DNA from: an uncultured Eubacteriales bacterium
Lineage (GTDB): Bacteria > Bacillota > Clostridia > Christensenellales > UBA1242
NCBI GenBank assembly: GCA_948695535.1
Contig: CAPRTS010000003.1
Location: 21,107-85,106 of the forward strand
Reading direction: 5' to 3'
DNA length: 64,000 nt
Part shown: piece after piece, positions 56,201-64,000 of the stretch
How the letters are laid out: each line of letters begins with the position of its first letter
Numbering within the stretch: the stretch's first letter is position 1
The notes under the pieces: model-generated
Told to the model about the DNA's origin: nothing
What the model saw: the letters and a program-made list of their open reading frames with translations, nothing else
The model's database searches: none
Program-made: the position numbers and the translations under genes

Positions 56201-56388
56201 TGCATTTCGATTACTTCGGGAACTTGACCCAACAAGTTGGGTTGGCCTTTGGCCGCCCATTGGTCACAGTATTCCGCCATGTCGGAACTAGGGGTAATGG
56301 GGTAAATAGCAGCGGCCTCAGTTAATAAGTAGGCCATGCGTGCCGTTGCTTCGTTGCCAGAAATAGTTACTAAGTTTTCTTTTTTCAT
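53251..56388 (-). CDS. nifJ: pyruvate:ferredoxin (flavodoxin) oxidoreductase
   Basis: GNEATARMAYLLTEAAAIYPITPSS, two ferredoxin motifs (CIQCNRCAMVCP and CTGCGSCAQVCP), and the TPP site GGDGWAYDIGFGGLDHV. Confidence 0.9.
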   Translation of the reverse strand: MKKENLVTISGNEATARMAYLLTEAAAIYPITPSSDMAEYCDQWAAKGQPNLLGQVPEVIEMQSEAGAAGTLHGLLLGGTLGTTFTSSQGLLLMIPNLYKMVGELLPAVVHVAARTVATHALSIFGDHSDIYACRSTGIAMLVSNSVQENADLALIAHLAAIEASYPFMHFFDGFRTSHEFNKIAVPDSTVAEKMLNYKALTHLRTRALNPEHPVAYGTTENSDTFFQHREAAATYVAELPKIVSKYFEKFAKLTGRNYHLFDYIGDPNAEHIIIAMGSACETIAETLPKLNGKFGLIKVRLYRPFSAEHLRQALPASVKTITVLDRTKENGAVGDPLYLDVKATVKVNKVIAGRYGLAGKEFTPDMVAAIYANATAPSPREQFTVGINDDVCHTSLTVIPRPDLHPQGGCRFYGLGSDGTVGANKNSCAIIGDNTDLYCQAYFAYDSKKSGGTTISHLRFGKQPIHSAYLVTHPTFVACHNQTFLTKFDMLAGIVDGGTFLLNTTYNADSIDAILPNNVKQTLRDKHINFYIINAYQIAKELGLGGRINTIMQAAFFKLINLIDYQRSKELLKASIVKTYGKKGPAVVEMNNRAVDSAETALHAIDVNTLTVTATTTKPAKKTNIDLINSLEGDSLPVSAFTPDGQAPTATTQYEKRDIATSLPQWLPEHCIQCNRCAMVCPHATIRPVLTDQPTPDSFQTIKAIGVPNQPNAKYRVQISPHDCTGCGSCAQVCPARNKAIVMKPFDQVHEDENYAFSLTLPDTKVTPTNVKLAQFNRPLFEFSGACAGCGETPYIKLLTQLYGDKLIIANATGCSSIYGGSSPTCPYAKNDQGHGPAWANSLFEDNAEFGFGLRKALNLQGKTDQIVWVIGGDGWAYDIGFGGLDHVLSSHEDINILVLDTEVYSNTGGQASKATPKGAIAKFAARGKTTDKKDLGGMMMQYPHVYVAQVAMGANMEHTLRVFKEATAYHGPSLVIAMATCINQGIDMSNGMGIMAEAVKCGYTKLYHRNPDADNGELVIDSPEPTGDIDAFKAKQTRFRKRS

Positions 56389-56394
56389 ATAGCC

Positions 56395-56423
56395 ACTATA
56401 CCACATTTTTATTGTGGGCGCAA
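56395..56423 (-). promoter_or_regulatory. promoter of PFOR gene, predicted leaderless
   Basis: On the minus strand: TTGCGC (56423-56418), N17, TGgTATAGT (hexamer 56400-56395), N6, ATG 56388. Confidence 0.5.
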
Positions 56424-56477
56424 AAGGTATTGCCCGTCATTAGATGACAAATTTATTAAATTTGCATATATGAAGTT

Positions 56478-57518
56478 ATGCAAAATATCGCAGTTGTTTT
56501 TGGCGGCCAAAGTACAGAACACGACGTTTCAATTTTAACGGGCTTACATTTGGCACAGCACGTTACGGATGACTATCACGTTATATTGGTTTATTTAACT
56601 AAAAATAATCGTTTTGTATACGGTAGCCGTAAAATTGATGATTACATTTCGGGCAAGGCTGGTCGTGCTAGGCTTTTTAAGCGGTGGGATAAAATCGCGT
56701 GTGTGGTAAATTGCTGTCACGGTGGTGCGGGGGAAGATGGTACTTTGGCGGCGGTTTTGAAATTCTATAATTTACCAGTCACCAGTTGTGACCCACTTGC
56801 GGCATGGCAGCAACAAAGTAAAATTGCTACACGTGAAAAGTTGACAGCGGCGGGCTTTAAGCAACCACGCTTCCAAGTGTTTACTGATTTGGCGTTGTCG
56901 TCATTAAAACTACCACTACCAGTAGTGGTTAAACCCGATTTGCAAGGTAGTTCTATTGGGGTTGCGGTAGCACATAATCAAGACGAATTACGCACAGCGA
57001 TAAAAACTGCGTTGGCGTTAGGCTCACGCGTAATTGTGGAAGAATTAATTACGGAAATGCAAGAAGTTAACATTGCCGTTATGCGCAGTAACGGTAAAAT
57101 CATTACTTCGGGATTAGAGTTGGTGGGTAAACAACAGTTTTTTTCGTTTGCTGATAAATATTATAATACTGACAGCGGTTTTATTAAAAAAGGTACAGTA
57201 ACGCCTGATACGGTGTATTTGAATAAAATTGCTCCGCAGGTTGAAAAGTTGGCGGTAGCAGCTTACCAGTTATTTGCCTCGCGCGGGGTGGTGCGAACCG
57301 ATTTTATGGTTAGTGGTGAACAAATCATTTTGAACGAAAACAATACCGTGCCGGGCTTTATGGCCTACCACCTTTGGTTGAAAAAAGGCATACCTTACGG
57401 GGTGGTTATTGATGATATGATCAAAGACGCTATTAACCAACACCAAAAACAACATTTTATTACTGAATATCAAAGCGAAATATTACGTAAAAATCGACAA
57501 TTAGTTCTTGAAATTTAA
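56478..57518 (+). CDS. ddl: D-alanine--D-alanine ligase
   Basis: IAVVFGGQSTEHDVSILTG, HGGAGEDGTLA and an ATP-grasp core with a C-terminal NTVPGF motif. Confidence 0.9.
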   Translation: MQNIAVVFGGQSTEHDVSILTGLHLAQHVTDDYHVILVYLTKNNRFVYGSRKIDDYISGKAGRARLFKRWDKIACVVNCCHGGAGEDGTLAAVLKFYNLPVTSCDPLAAWQQQSKIATREKLTAAGFKQPRFQVFTDLALSSLKLPLPVVVKPDLQGSSIGVAVAHNQDELRTAIKTALALGSRVIVEELITEMQEVNIAVMRSNGKIITSGLELVGKQQFFSFADKYYNTDSGFIKKGTVTPDTVYLNKIAPQVEKLAVAAYQLFASRGVVRTDFMVSGEQIILNENNTVPGFMAYHLWLKKGIPYGVVIDDMIKDAINQHQKQHFITEYQSEILRKNRQLVLEI

Positions 57519-57536
57519 TGACAATTATGGTACAAT
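57508..57536 (+). promoter_or_regulatory. promoter of the GH95-like gene, inside the ddl 3' end
   Basis: TTGAAA (57508-57513), N17, TGgTACAAT (hexamer 57531-57536), N12, ATG 57549. No SD. Confidence 0.45.
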
Positions 57537-57548
57537 TTTACTTGTATT

Positions 57549-59936
57549 ATGGATAAATACGATAGTTCAATTTTATTAAGCAAAGCACCCGCCGTATTTA
57601 TGGCGAATGCGTTTTTAGACGGCAGTATCTTGGGTAATGGTAAAGTCGGTTTAGCGATCCTTGGCGCAATTTCTAACGAACAAATTTTGGTTAATCATGC
57701 CGGGCTACAACATCATGGTAAAAATGGTGTTTTGCAAGATATTAGTGACGATTTTTCAGTGTTGCGTAAGAAATTTGCGGACGGTAAAATTATAGAAGCC
57801 GAGCAAATTTTAGCCAAAGCTTTTGTCAAAAAGAATTGTCGTTTAGCCCCGGGACAACCGCAACCAATGGTTAAGATTAAATTAGATTTTTTTAACACCG
57901 GTGTAATTACTAACTATGAGCGTTTAACCGATATGAAAAACGGCGAGTTAGCGGTTGGCTTCCTGGCTGATGGTAAAGAGCAAACCTTGCGTCGTTTATC
58001 TTTGTCCAAGGCAACTGACATCATGGCGTACAATGTTACCAAAAACAATGGCAAAATTCGCGTGACCATCCAGTTACAGCCTTGTGATCCAGACAACAAA
58101 TTTAATGTGGTTAAGTACGAAAATGGTTATTTCTATTTTAGTTCTCGTGCAGAAAATGGGCGCGATTATGGTTTAGTTATGCGTTTAATGGTGACGGGCG
58201 GTAATATTGCCGTAGCCAATAACGTGGTGACAATTAAAGACGCTACCGATTTAACAATATTAGCAAAACCATTTATTAACGCTGATGCGAGTGTTGAATT
58301 TGGCAAAATTAAAATGGAATTGTCCTTAATAAAGGATAGTTACAACAAACTGGCTACTAAAAATGCGGTACAATACAAAAAAGCATTTGAAGATTGCAGT
58401 TTGGCTTTGAATACAACCAAAACCGACGCCGACATTAAAGAGTTTATTGAACGTACTAATAATAATGAATTGACGGCGGATTTATTAGAACGCTTGTGGA
58501 ATTTTGCCAAGTATTTATGTATTTGTTTAGATGGGGCGTTGTTATCTCCTGCGGGACTGTGGTGTGCGGATAACGATTGCGACCATGGGGTTGCTTCTTG
58601 GGATGGTGTGGCACAGTTGTTGTATTCTGGCATTCAAAAGACCGTCAATCCGTCCGCCATAGTGTCATTCTTAGACTACTTAATGGCTTACGAATCCGAC
58701 TTGAAAAAAAATGCTGCTCGGGTTTATGGTATGCGTGGTTATTTTGTGCCACGAATTACGGCCTTGGATTCGGCAAGTTTTGGGGCAGTCGACGCCGCAA
58801 CTTTGCACTTTGTGGCTTCATCAGCCTTAGCCGCCGATTTGTTTTACGAATATTATTTAACCACGGGTGACGAAAAAACTCTACGTAGCAAAATTTTCCC
58901 GTTCATGCGTAATGTTTTTGAATTTTATTCCGATTTCTTAAAGTTAGACGCTTCGGGAAAGTACGTTACGATCCCCAGTTACAGCCCAAATGCAACTCCG
59001 GGTAACTTGGTGGCAGGGCGTCCATTGGTGAACTTTGCAATGTCGTCATCTTCAACTATTGATTTCTTAGCCTTGCGCAGTTTGTTGGAAAATTTAATTA
59101 GTGCGGCTACCTTGTTGAAAACCGCCAAAGATGATCTTGCCGTTTGGCAAGATATGTTGGTGAAATTACCGGACTTAACCGTCAACGGGCAAGGGTGCTT
59201 AAAAGAATATACGAATTCTGTTTTTGTTGATAAAGTAGAAAACGCGGGAGTTATGCATGGCTATGGTTTGTACCCATTAAAGCATTTCTTGAATAAAGAT
59301 CCGCAAATTTTGTATCGTCCTAATGTTGTGCAAGGTGCAAACCCCGAAGTGGAAATTGCGGCCAGCGTGGCGGCGGCAAATGCGATTAAAACTCGCGTGG
59401 ATATGGCATCGTCTTATCAACCAACCGCTAATTTGATTATGGCGGCTTGCCAATTAACTCACGCTGACGATGTTAATGCCGTCTACAATCTGTTAATTAG
59501 AATAATCAGCAGTTCAGCAACGCCGTCAGGTTTATTTTTATCGAACGATTGGCGTGGTTCGGGTATGACTACCAATGATAAGCCTAATTTAGATGTAGCT
59601 GTTTCGTTGGGTTTGGGTACCGCGATTACCGAATGCGTTGTGCAAAGTACGGCCTCGGTTTTGAAAATTTTGCCAGTATTGTTGGAGCCGTTAATGGTCG
59701 GTAATGTTAAGAATTTAGCAACTGATTTTGCTGCTAAAATTTCAATGAACTGGGACGCCGTTAAAGGGAAATTAAATTTGAAAATTATGCCGACCAAAAA
59801 CGCGACCATTAAAATTATTTTTAACGATACTTTCCGTAAATTACGCAGTAAAGATTGGCAGTGGAATAAACAAATCAATGGTATAGAGACTGTAAATTTG
59901 GTGGCGGGTAAAACTGTATCAATAGATCTTGGCTAA
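57549..59936 (+). CDS. glycoside hydrolase family 95-like protein (six-hairpin type), cytoplasmic
   Basis: N-terminal GNGKVGLAILG...EQILVNHAGL resembles the GH95 GNGRLGAM...E.IQLNE..LW. The central LLSPAGLW...ASWDG...YGMRGYF is collinear with the GH95 catalytic region. No signal peptide. Tentative. Confidence 0.45.
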   Translation: MDKYDSSILLSKAPAVFMANAFLDGSILGNGKVGLAILGAISNEQILVNHAGLQHHGKNGVLQDISDDFSVLRKKFADGKIIEAEQILAKAFVKKNCRLAPGQPQPMVKIKLDFFNTGVITNYERLTDMKNGELAVGFLADGKEQTLRRLSLSKATDIMAYNVTKNNGKIRVTIQLQPCDPDNKFNVVKYENGYFYFSSRAENGRDYGLVMRLMVTGGNIAVANNVVTIKDATDLTILAKPFINADASVEFGKIKMELSLIKDSYNKLATKNAVQYKKAFEDCSLALNTTKTDADIKEFIERTNNNELTADLLERLWNFAKYLCICLDGALLSPAGLWCADNDCDHGVASWDGVAQLLYSGIQKTVNPSAIVSFLDYLMAYESDLKKNAARVYGMRGYFVPRITALDSASFGAVDAATLHFVASSALAADLFYEYYLTTGDEKTLRSKIFPFMRNVFEFYSDFLKLDASGKYVTIPSYSPNATPGNLVAGRPLVNFAMSSSSTIDFLALRSLLENLISAATLLKTAKDDLAVWQDMLVKLPDLTVNGQGCLKEYTNSVFVDKVENAGVMHGYGLYPLKHFLNKDPQILYRPNVVQGANPEVEIAASVAAANAIKTRVDMASSYQPTANLIMAACQLTHADDVNAVYNLLIRIISSSATPSGLFLSNDWRGSGMTTNDKPNLDVAVSLGLGTAITECVVQSTASVLKILPVLLEPLMVGNVKNLATDFAAKISMNWDAVKGKLNLKIMPTKNATIKIIFNDTFRKLRSKDWQWNKQINGIETVNLVAGKTVSIDLG

Positions 59937-59954
59937 AACGCATATAAATAAGTT

Positions 59955-60989
59955 ATGCCGACTATTGTTTTAACGGGTGGTGGCACAGCTGGACACGTTT
60001 TACCGCACATTGCTTTGTTACCTTTTTTGCGTGAAAAATTTGACCACGTCATTTATGTCGGGGGTGATGGAGTAGAACGTGACTTGGCCAAGACAAATGG
60101 TATACCTTTTTACCGAGTGACGACCGTTAAATTAAGACGCAAGTTGACCTTAAAAAATTTGTTAATTCCTTTCCGTTTACTGAAAGGAATTCGTGAGGCT
60201 AAACAAATTTTGCGCAAAGTAAAACCCGATATTGTTTTTTCAAAAGGCGGTTTTGTGGCTTTGCCGGTAGTTTACGCTGCTGCCAGTTTGGGTATTAAAG
60301 TCATTGCTCATGAGAGTGATATGTCGTTAGGCTTGGCTAATCGTTTGACCGCTAAAAAATGTACAGTAGTGGCAACAACTTTTCCCCTTAAAGACCAACG
60401 TTACCATAACTTGGTGCAAACTGGGGCAATAATTCGTCCCAGTATCTATCATGGCGATGCCCGCCGAATTGCTTTGCCGAGTAACGGACTGCCAAATTTA
60501 TTAGTTATGGGTGGCAGTCTGGGGGCGGCAGCCATTAATAATGCCGTGTCAAAAGCTCTACCTAAATTATGCCGCTGTTACAATGTCTTACACCTGACGG
60601 GGCGAGGTAAAGCCCTTAACCAACCAGCTTTGGCTAACTACCAACAAGTTGAATACTTAGTTGACCCTGCTGATGCATTGGCTTGGGCAGACATTGTGGT
60701 AGCCCGCAGTGGGTCAGGAACAGTGTCCGAGTTGTTGGCATTACGTAAACCAGCAGTTTATATTCCTTTACCCAAAACGGAGAGTCGTGGCGACCAAATT
60801 GAAAATGCTGAGTATTTACAGAGTTTAGGCGTGGGTGTGCTTTTACCACAAACGGAATTAACTACCGAACGATTATTGGGCACCATTGACCAAGTCTATG
60901 CACAAAGTAGTTTAATAAAAGCAAATTGTGCCAAACAGACTTGGATTGACGGTACCGCCAAAATACTTAGTTATTTACAACGTAATTAG
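59955..60989 (+). CDS. murG: undecaprenyldiphospho-muramoylpentapeptide beta-N-acetylglucosaminyltransferase
   Basis: LTGGGTAGHVLPHIAL, AHESDMSLGLANRL and VARSGSGTVSELLALRKPAVYIPLP motifs. Confidence 0.9.
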   Translation: MPTIVLTGGGTAGHVLPHIALLPFLREKFDHVIYVGGDGVERDLAKTNGIPFYRVTTVKLRRKLTLKNLLIPFRLLKGIREAKQILRKVKPDIVFSKGGFVALPVVYAAASLGIKVIAHESDMSLGLANRLTAKKCTVVATTFPLKDQRYHNLVQTGAIIRPSIYHGDARRIALPSNGLPNLLVMGGSLGAAAINNAVSKALPKLCRCYNVLHLTGRGKALNQPALANYQQVEYLVDPADALAWADIVVARSGSGTVSELLALRKPAVYIPLPKTESRGDQIENAEYLQSLGVGVLLPQTELTTERLLGTIDQVYAQSSLIKANCAKQTWIDGTAKILSYLQRN

Positions 60990-61599
60990 TATCTTCGTTT
61001 AAGCGTTCGCTTATAATTTGGCTGATCGAAATTTCGTAGGCGGTGCGCGTTTCAGTTAAACCGGAATCTAATCGTTTTTGGTATTCACGACTTTGTATGC
61101 GACCAATAATTTCGACTTGCTCGCCAATGTTTAAATTTTTAGCAAAACGGGCGTTACGACCCCAAGCAATGGCGGGTAAATAGTCGCTTTTGTTGTTGCT
61201 GCGGTTGCAAGCAATCAATAAGTCAGCAATCTCGCGATTAAACGGGGTAGTACGATAAATTGGCATTTTGCAAACGTAACCCGTTAATTCAATTTGGTTA
61301 GGGTTGGTTTCGTCAATTTCTTCGCTGATTTCATTGACAAAGACCGACAACATTAACCGACTGCGTCCGTTGTCAAGTTTGTTGTAACTGCGGAATTCGC
61401 CCAGTACCGCGATGTTACAGCCTAAGGTAATATTGTGCTTAGCAATTAAGTCTTTATGAATCGTCAAGGGGATTGTGTCTACGATGTTAGACAATCGCCT
61501 TACCGATAATTGCAAATTGCAATATTCGCTCCCATAAAATTCGTCTCCGTTGGTGGGTTCGTTTACCACCAGTCCATATAGATACACTCTGTTTTCCAT
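60967..61599 (-). CDS. SSB-like protein with two tandem OB-fold halves
   Basis: Two halves share one pattern. First half: NRVYLYGLVVNEP...LSVRRLSNIVDTIPLTI...IAVLGEFRS. Second half: NQIELTGYVCKMPIYRTTPFNREIADLLIACNR...DYLPAIAWGRNARF...GRIQSREY. No acidic C-terminal tip. AAGGAGAA SD. Confidence 0.55.
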   Translation of the reverse strand: MENRVYLYGLVVNEPTNGDEFYGSEYCNLQLSVRRLSNIVDTIPLTIHKDLIAKHNITLGCNIAVLGEFRSYNKLDNGRSRLMLSVFVNEISEEIDETNPNQIELTGYVCKMPIYRTTPFNREIADLLIACNRSNNKSDYLPAIAWGRNARFAKNLNIGEQVEIIGRIQSREYQKRLDSGLTETRTAYEISISQIISERLNEDTNYVVNN

Positions 61600-61776
61600 T
61601 TTTTTGTTTTTCTCCTTTTATTTTTTGGGTGTATTTTCTCATCTTAGGTGATAATCTCGCCAAGTGCAACGACGAATAATGCCGAAATTGCACATACTTT
61701 GTCGAAATTTATCTTAATTTAACATAACAATTTTAATTTAATTTACTTTACTGCCACTTTGTTGTAATTTTTAACT

Positions 61777-63321
61777 ATGATTGCGGTAAAAAGTTTTGGT
61801 ATCAGCGGTGTTGATGGCTATGTGGTAGATGTTGAAGTTGATATCGCTAAGGGGTTACCTGGTTATACATTAGTGGGGTTGCCTGACAACGCAATCAAGG
61901 AAGGTAAGGAACGCGTTAAAAGTGCAATTTTGAATATTGGTCAAAAATTTCCTCTCGGTAATGTTGTGATAAACTTAGCTCCCGCCAGTACCAAAAAAGA
62001 AGGTGCCAACTACGATTTACCAATAGCAATTGGTATTTTGGCGAATACTTTATGTTTTACGAAGAAACTGAGTGAGTGGGCCTTTGTTGGGGAATTATCA
62101 TTAAACGGTGAAATACGGCGTGTAGATGGTGTATTACCTTTCTTGCTGACAGCTGTGAAAGAAAATATCAAAAATGTGATTGTTCCTGACGATAATTACG
62201 ATGAGGCGTGTTTTGTGGACGGAGTGAATGTTTTTACTGCTAAAAATTTGGCTACGGTGCTTGATTGTTTTATTAGCGAAAACAGCCCGGAAATAATTTT
62301 GCGGCGGGTTGTCCCAGTAGATTTCAATACCATTCTGCAAGACGCCAAGTATACGTGTGACATGAAGTATGTGCGTGGCCAATTCGTGGCCAAGCGAGCA
62401 TTAGAAATTGCGGCTGCGGGCGGGCACAATATTTTGTTAATTGGCCCGCCGGGTAGTGGAAAAACTATGTTAGCCAAATGCTTTCAAACGATTTTACCGC
62501 AACTAACATTTGCAGAAAGCTTAGAAACTACTAAAATTCATAGTTGTGCGGGTATGCTGGACGCACAACATGGTATTGTTTTAACCCGACCATTCCGCAG
62601 TCCTCACCATACAGCGTCCGCAGTGGCTTTGGCCGGTGGTGGAAAATACGCCCGCCCAGGAGAAATCTCATTGGCACATAATGGGGTGTTGTTTCTTGAC
62701 GAGATGCCCGAATATAATCGTAGTTGCTTGGAACTGTTGCGGCAACCATTAGAAGATAATTGTATTACTATTTCTCGGGCAGCGGTAACTGTTGACTATC
62801 CCGCATCCTTTGTTTTGGTGGCCAGCATGAATCCGTGTCCGTGCGGTTATTATGGCAGTCGGCTTAACCAATGCCATTGTACCCAATCTAGCATACAAAA
62901 ATATCTAGGCAAAATTTCCGGGCCTTTGTTGGATCGTATTGATTTACATATTGAGGTTGATCAAGTTACTTATGACGATTTGACAAATACGCAATTAGCT
63001 GAAGATAGTGCCACAATTCGGCAACGTGTAATGCAAGCTCGTTTGCTACAAAATGAACGTTTTCAAAGTTGCAAGATTCACTGTAACGCGAAAATGGACG
63101 CTCAAATGGTAAAAGAATATTGTCAACTTGATGCCGAAGGCGAAAAGATTTTAAAAACCGCCTTTACAAATTTGCATTTATCGGCTCGGGCTTACACCCG
63201 CATTCTAAAAGTGGCACGAACTATTGCTGACTTGGCGGGGGCGGTCAATATTTCGGCCGCCAACATCAGCGAGGCGGTATCTTATCGCAGTTTAGATCGC
63301 TTTAATCGGGGACAATTATGA
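61777..63321 (+). CDS. comM: YifB/ComM family Mg-chelatase-like ATPase
   Basis: N-terminal Lon-like domain, Walker A LIGPPGSGKTM, GVLFLDEMPEY, and a C-terminal ChlI-like domain. Confidence 0.85.
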   Translation: MIAVKSFGISGVDGYVVDVEVDIAKGLPGYTLVGLPDNAIKEGKERVKSAILNIGQKFPLGNVVINLAPASTKKEGANYDLPIAIGILANTLCFTKKLSEWAFVGELSLNGEIRRVDGVLPFLLTAVKENIKNVIVPDDNYDEACFVDGVNVFTAKNLATVLDCFISENSPEIILRRVVPVDFNTILQDAKYTCDMKYVRGQFVAKRALEIAAAGGHNILLIGPPGSGKTMLAKCFQTILPQLTFAESLETTKIHSCAGMLDAQHGIVLTRPFRSPHHTASAVALAGGGKYARPGEISLAHNGVLFLDEMPEYNRSCLELLRQPLEDNCITISRAAVTVDYPASFVLVASMNPCPCGYYGSRLNQCHCTQSSIQKYLGKISGPLLDRIDLHIEVDQVTYDDLTNTQLAEDSATIRQRVMQARLLQNERFQSCKIHCNAKMDAQMVKEYCQLDAEGEKILKTAFTNLHLSARAYTRILKVARTIADLAGAVNISAANISEAVSYRSLDRFNRGQL

Positions 63322-64000
63322 CCGCTGTGAAAATTATTAAACGCGGTGACAGCGAATACCCCCGTTCTTTGTTGGCTTTAAAGCATCCTCCCGCATTGTT
63401 ATATGCCAAAGGAAATATAGAACTTTTAACACGCCCCATGGTGTCGGTAGTTGGTACTCGTGATTGCACGCGGTACGGATTGATGGTGGCAAAAGAACTT
63501 GGTGAGCAATGTGCATCTGCCGGTATTTGTGTGGTATCTGGCTTAGCCGAGGGTATTGATGCCGCGGCTCACCGTGGTGCTATGGGCAATACTATTGCGG
63601 TTTTAGGTAACGGCTTAGATTGCTATTATCCAGTCATTAACAAGGAATTGCAAGACGAAATTGCTGAACATGGTTTATTATTAAGCGAGTATCCGTTAGG
63701 TTACCATGGCGATAAAACAACGTTTCCGCAACGTAACCGCATTGTCGCGGCCTTAGGTCGGGTAGTGGTGGCGGTAGAGGCTGATAAGCATAGCGGGACT
63801 TTAATTACGGTACGGGCGGCACAAGCCTTGGCGAAACAAATTTTTGCGGTTCCAGGTAATATTAACTGCTATGCCAGTCAAGGTACTAATGATTTAATTG
63901 CCAAAGGTGTTGCCAAAATGCTGACGGCACCGACCGACGTATTGGCGTGTTTTGGCTCGGCGGAGACGGTTAAGGACGAAACAAATACTCGGCAAGTGAC
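63318..64000 (+). CDS. dprA: DNA processing protein DprA (3' end truncated by the window edge)
   Basis: YPRSLLALKHPPALLYAKGN...VSVVGTRDCTRYG...GLAEGIDAAAHRGA...FPQRNRIVA. ATGA overlap with the comM stop. Confidence 0.85.
   Translation, partial: MTAVKIIKRGDSEYPRSLLALKHPPALLYAKGNIELLTRPMVSVVGTRDCTRYGLMVAKELGEQCASAGICVVSGLAEGIDAAAHRGAMGNTIAVLGNGLDCYYPVINKELQDEIAEHGLLLSEYPLGYHGDKTTFPQRNRIVAALGRVVVAVEADKHSGTLITVRAAQALAKQIFAVPGNINCYASQGTNDLIAKGVAKMLTAPTDVLACFGSAETVKDETNTRQV

Noticed and set aside
53251-56388. The PFOR ORF (about 1045 aa) seems shorter than the roughly 1170-aa enzymes I remember, so it could be truncated or a pseudogene.
   Set aside because: All hallmark motifs are present in order and the frame is intact. 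I cannot judge domain loss without an alignment. Not called a pseudogene.
1-64000. Search for CRISPR arrays, IS elements or transposases, integrases, prophage blocks, rRNA, and known defence-system signatures.
   Set aside because: None found by eye. There are no spaced direct repeats and no recognisable transposase, integrase, RT or nuclease-helicase defence genes. The CPBP(Abi)/DUF3781/P-loop trio at 7089-8656 does not match any defence architecture I know.

Overview
Gene-dense chromosomal window, apparently from a Bacillota (Clostridia-like) genome. Lineage markers are a SigG-like sporulation sigma factor, YlmC/YmxH, Veg, a DUF3794(SPOCS)-LysM protein and an Asp23-YloV pair. I found no rRNA, CRISPR array, IS element or prophage. 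Left to right: an ATP-dependent DNA ligase, rpoZ, priA, a SEDS protein, divergent def/fmt, and a small accessory trio (P-loop kinase-like, DUF3781, CPBP/Abi protease). Next come rlmN, a ZIP transporter, rpmB-asp23-DAK2, and a dcw-like block (murE-mraY-murD, convergent murA, FtsQ-like, degenerate FtsA-like). That block is followed by two unknown proteins where ftsZ would be expected. A G17 tract sits upstream of a membrane-anchored surface protein, followed by comFC, an ABC exporter, tRNA-Glu(CTC) with a truncated tRNA-like copy, rimO, rarA and a 1150-aa GLUG/B-repeat surface protein. Then infA-rpmJ-rpsM-rpsK-rpsD-rpoA-rplQ, veg, SPOCS-LysM, and a split copZ/copA. A 1441-aa membrane-anchored giant coiled-coil protein is coupled to ruvX, followed by a ferredoxin, DUF1292 and ppa. 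The window ends with rpsB-tsf-frr-cdsA-rseP, sigG-like, ylmC-like, PFOR, ddl, a GH95-like protein, murG, a tandem-OB SSB-like protein, comM and dprA (partial). The main leads are the giant coiled-coil gene, the unknown gene pair in the ftsZ position, and the poly-G promoter tract. Two further leads are the copZ/copA frame split and a recurrent promoter layout (-35, N17, -10, N5-9, ATG) that implies widespread leaderless mRNAs.
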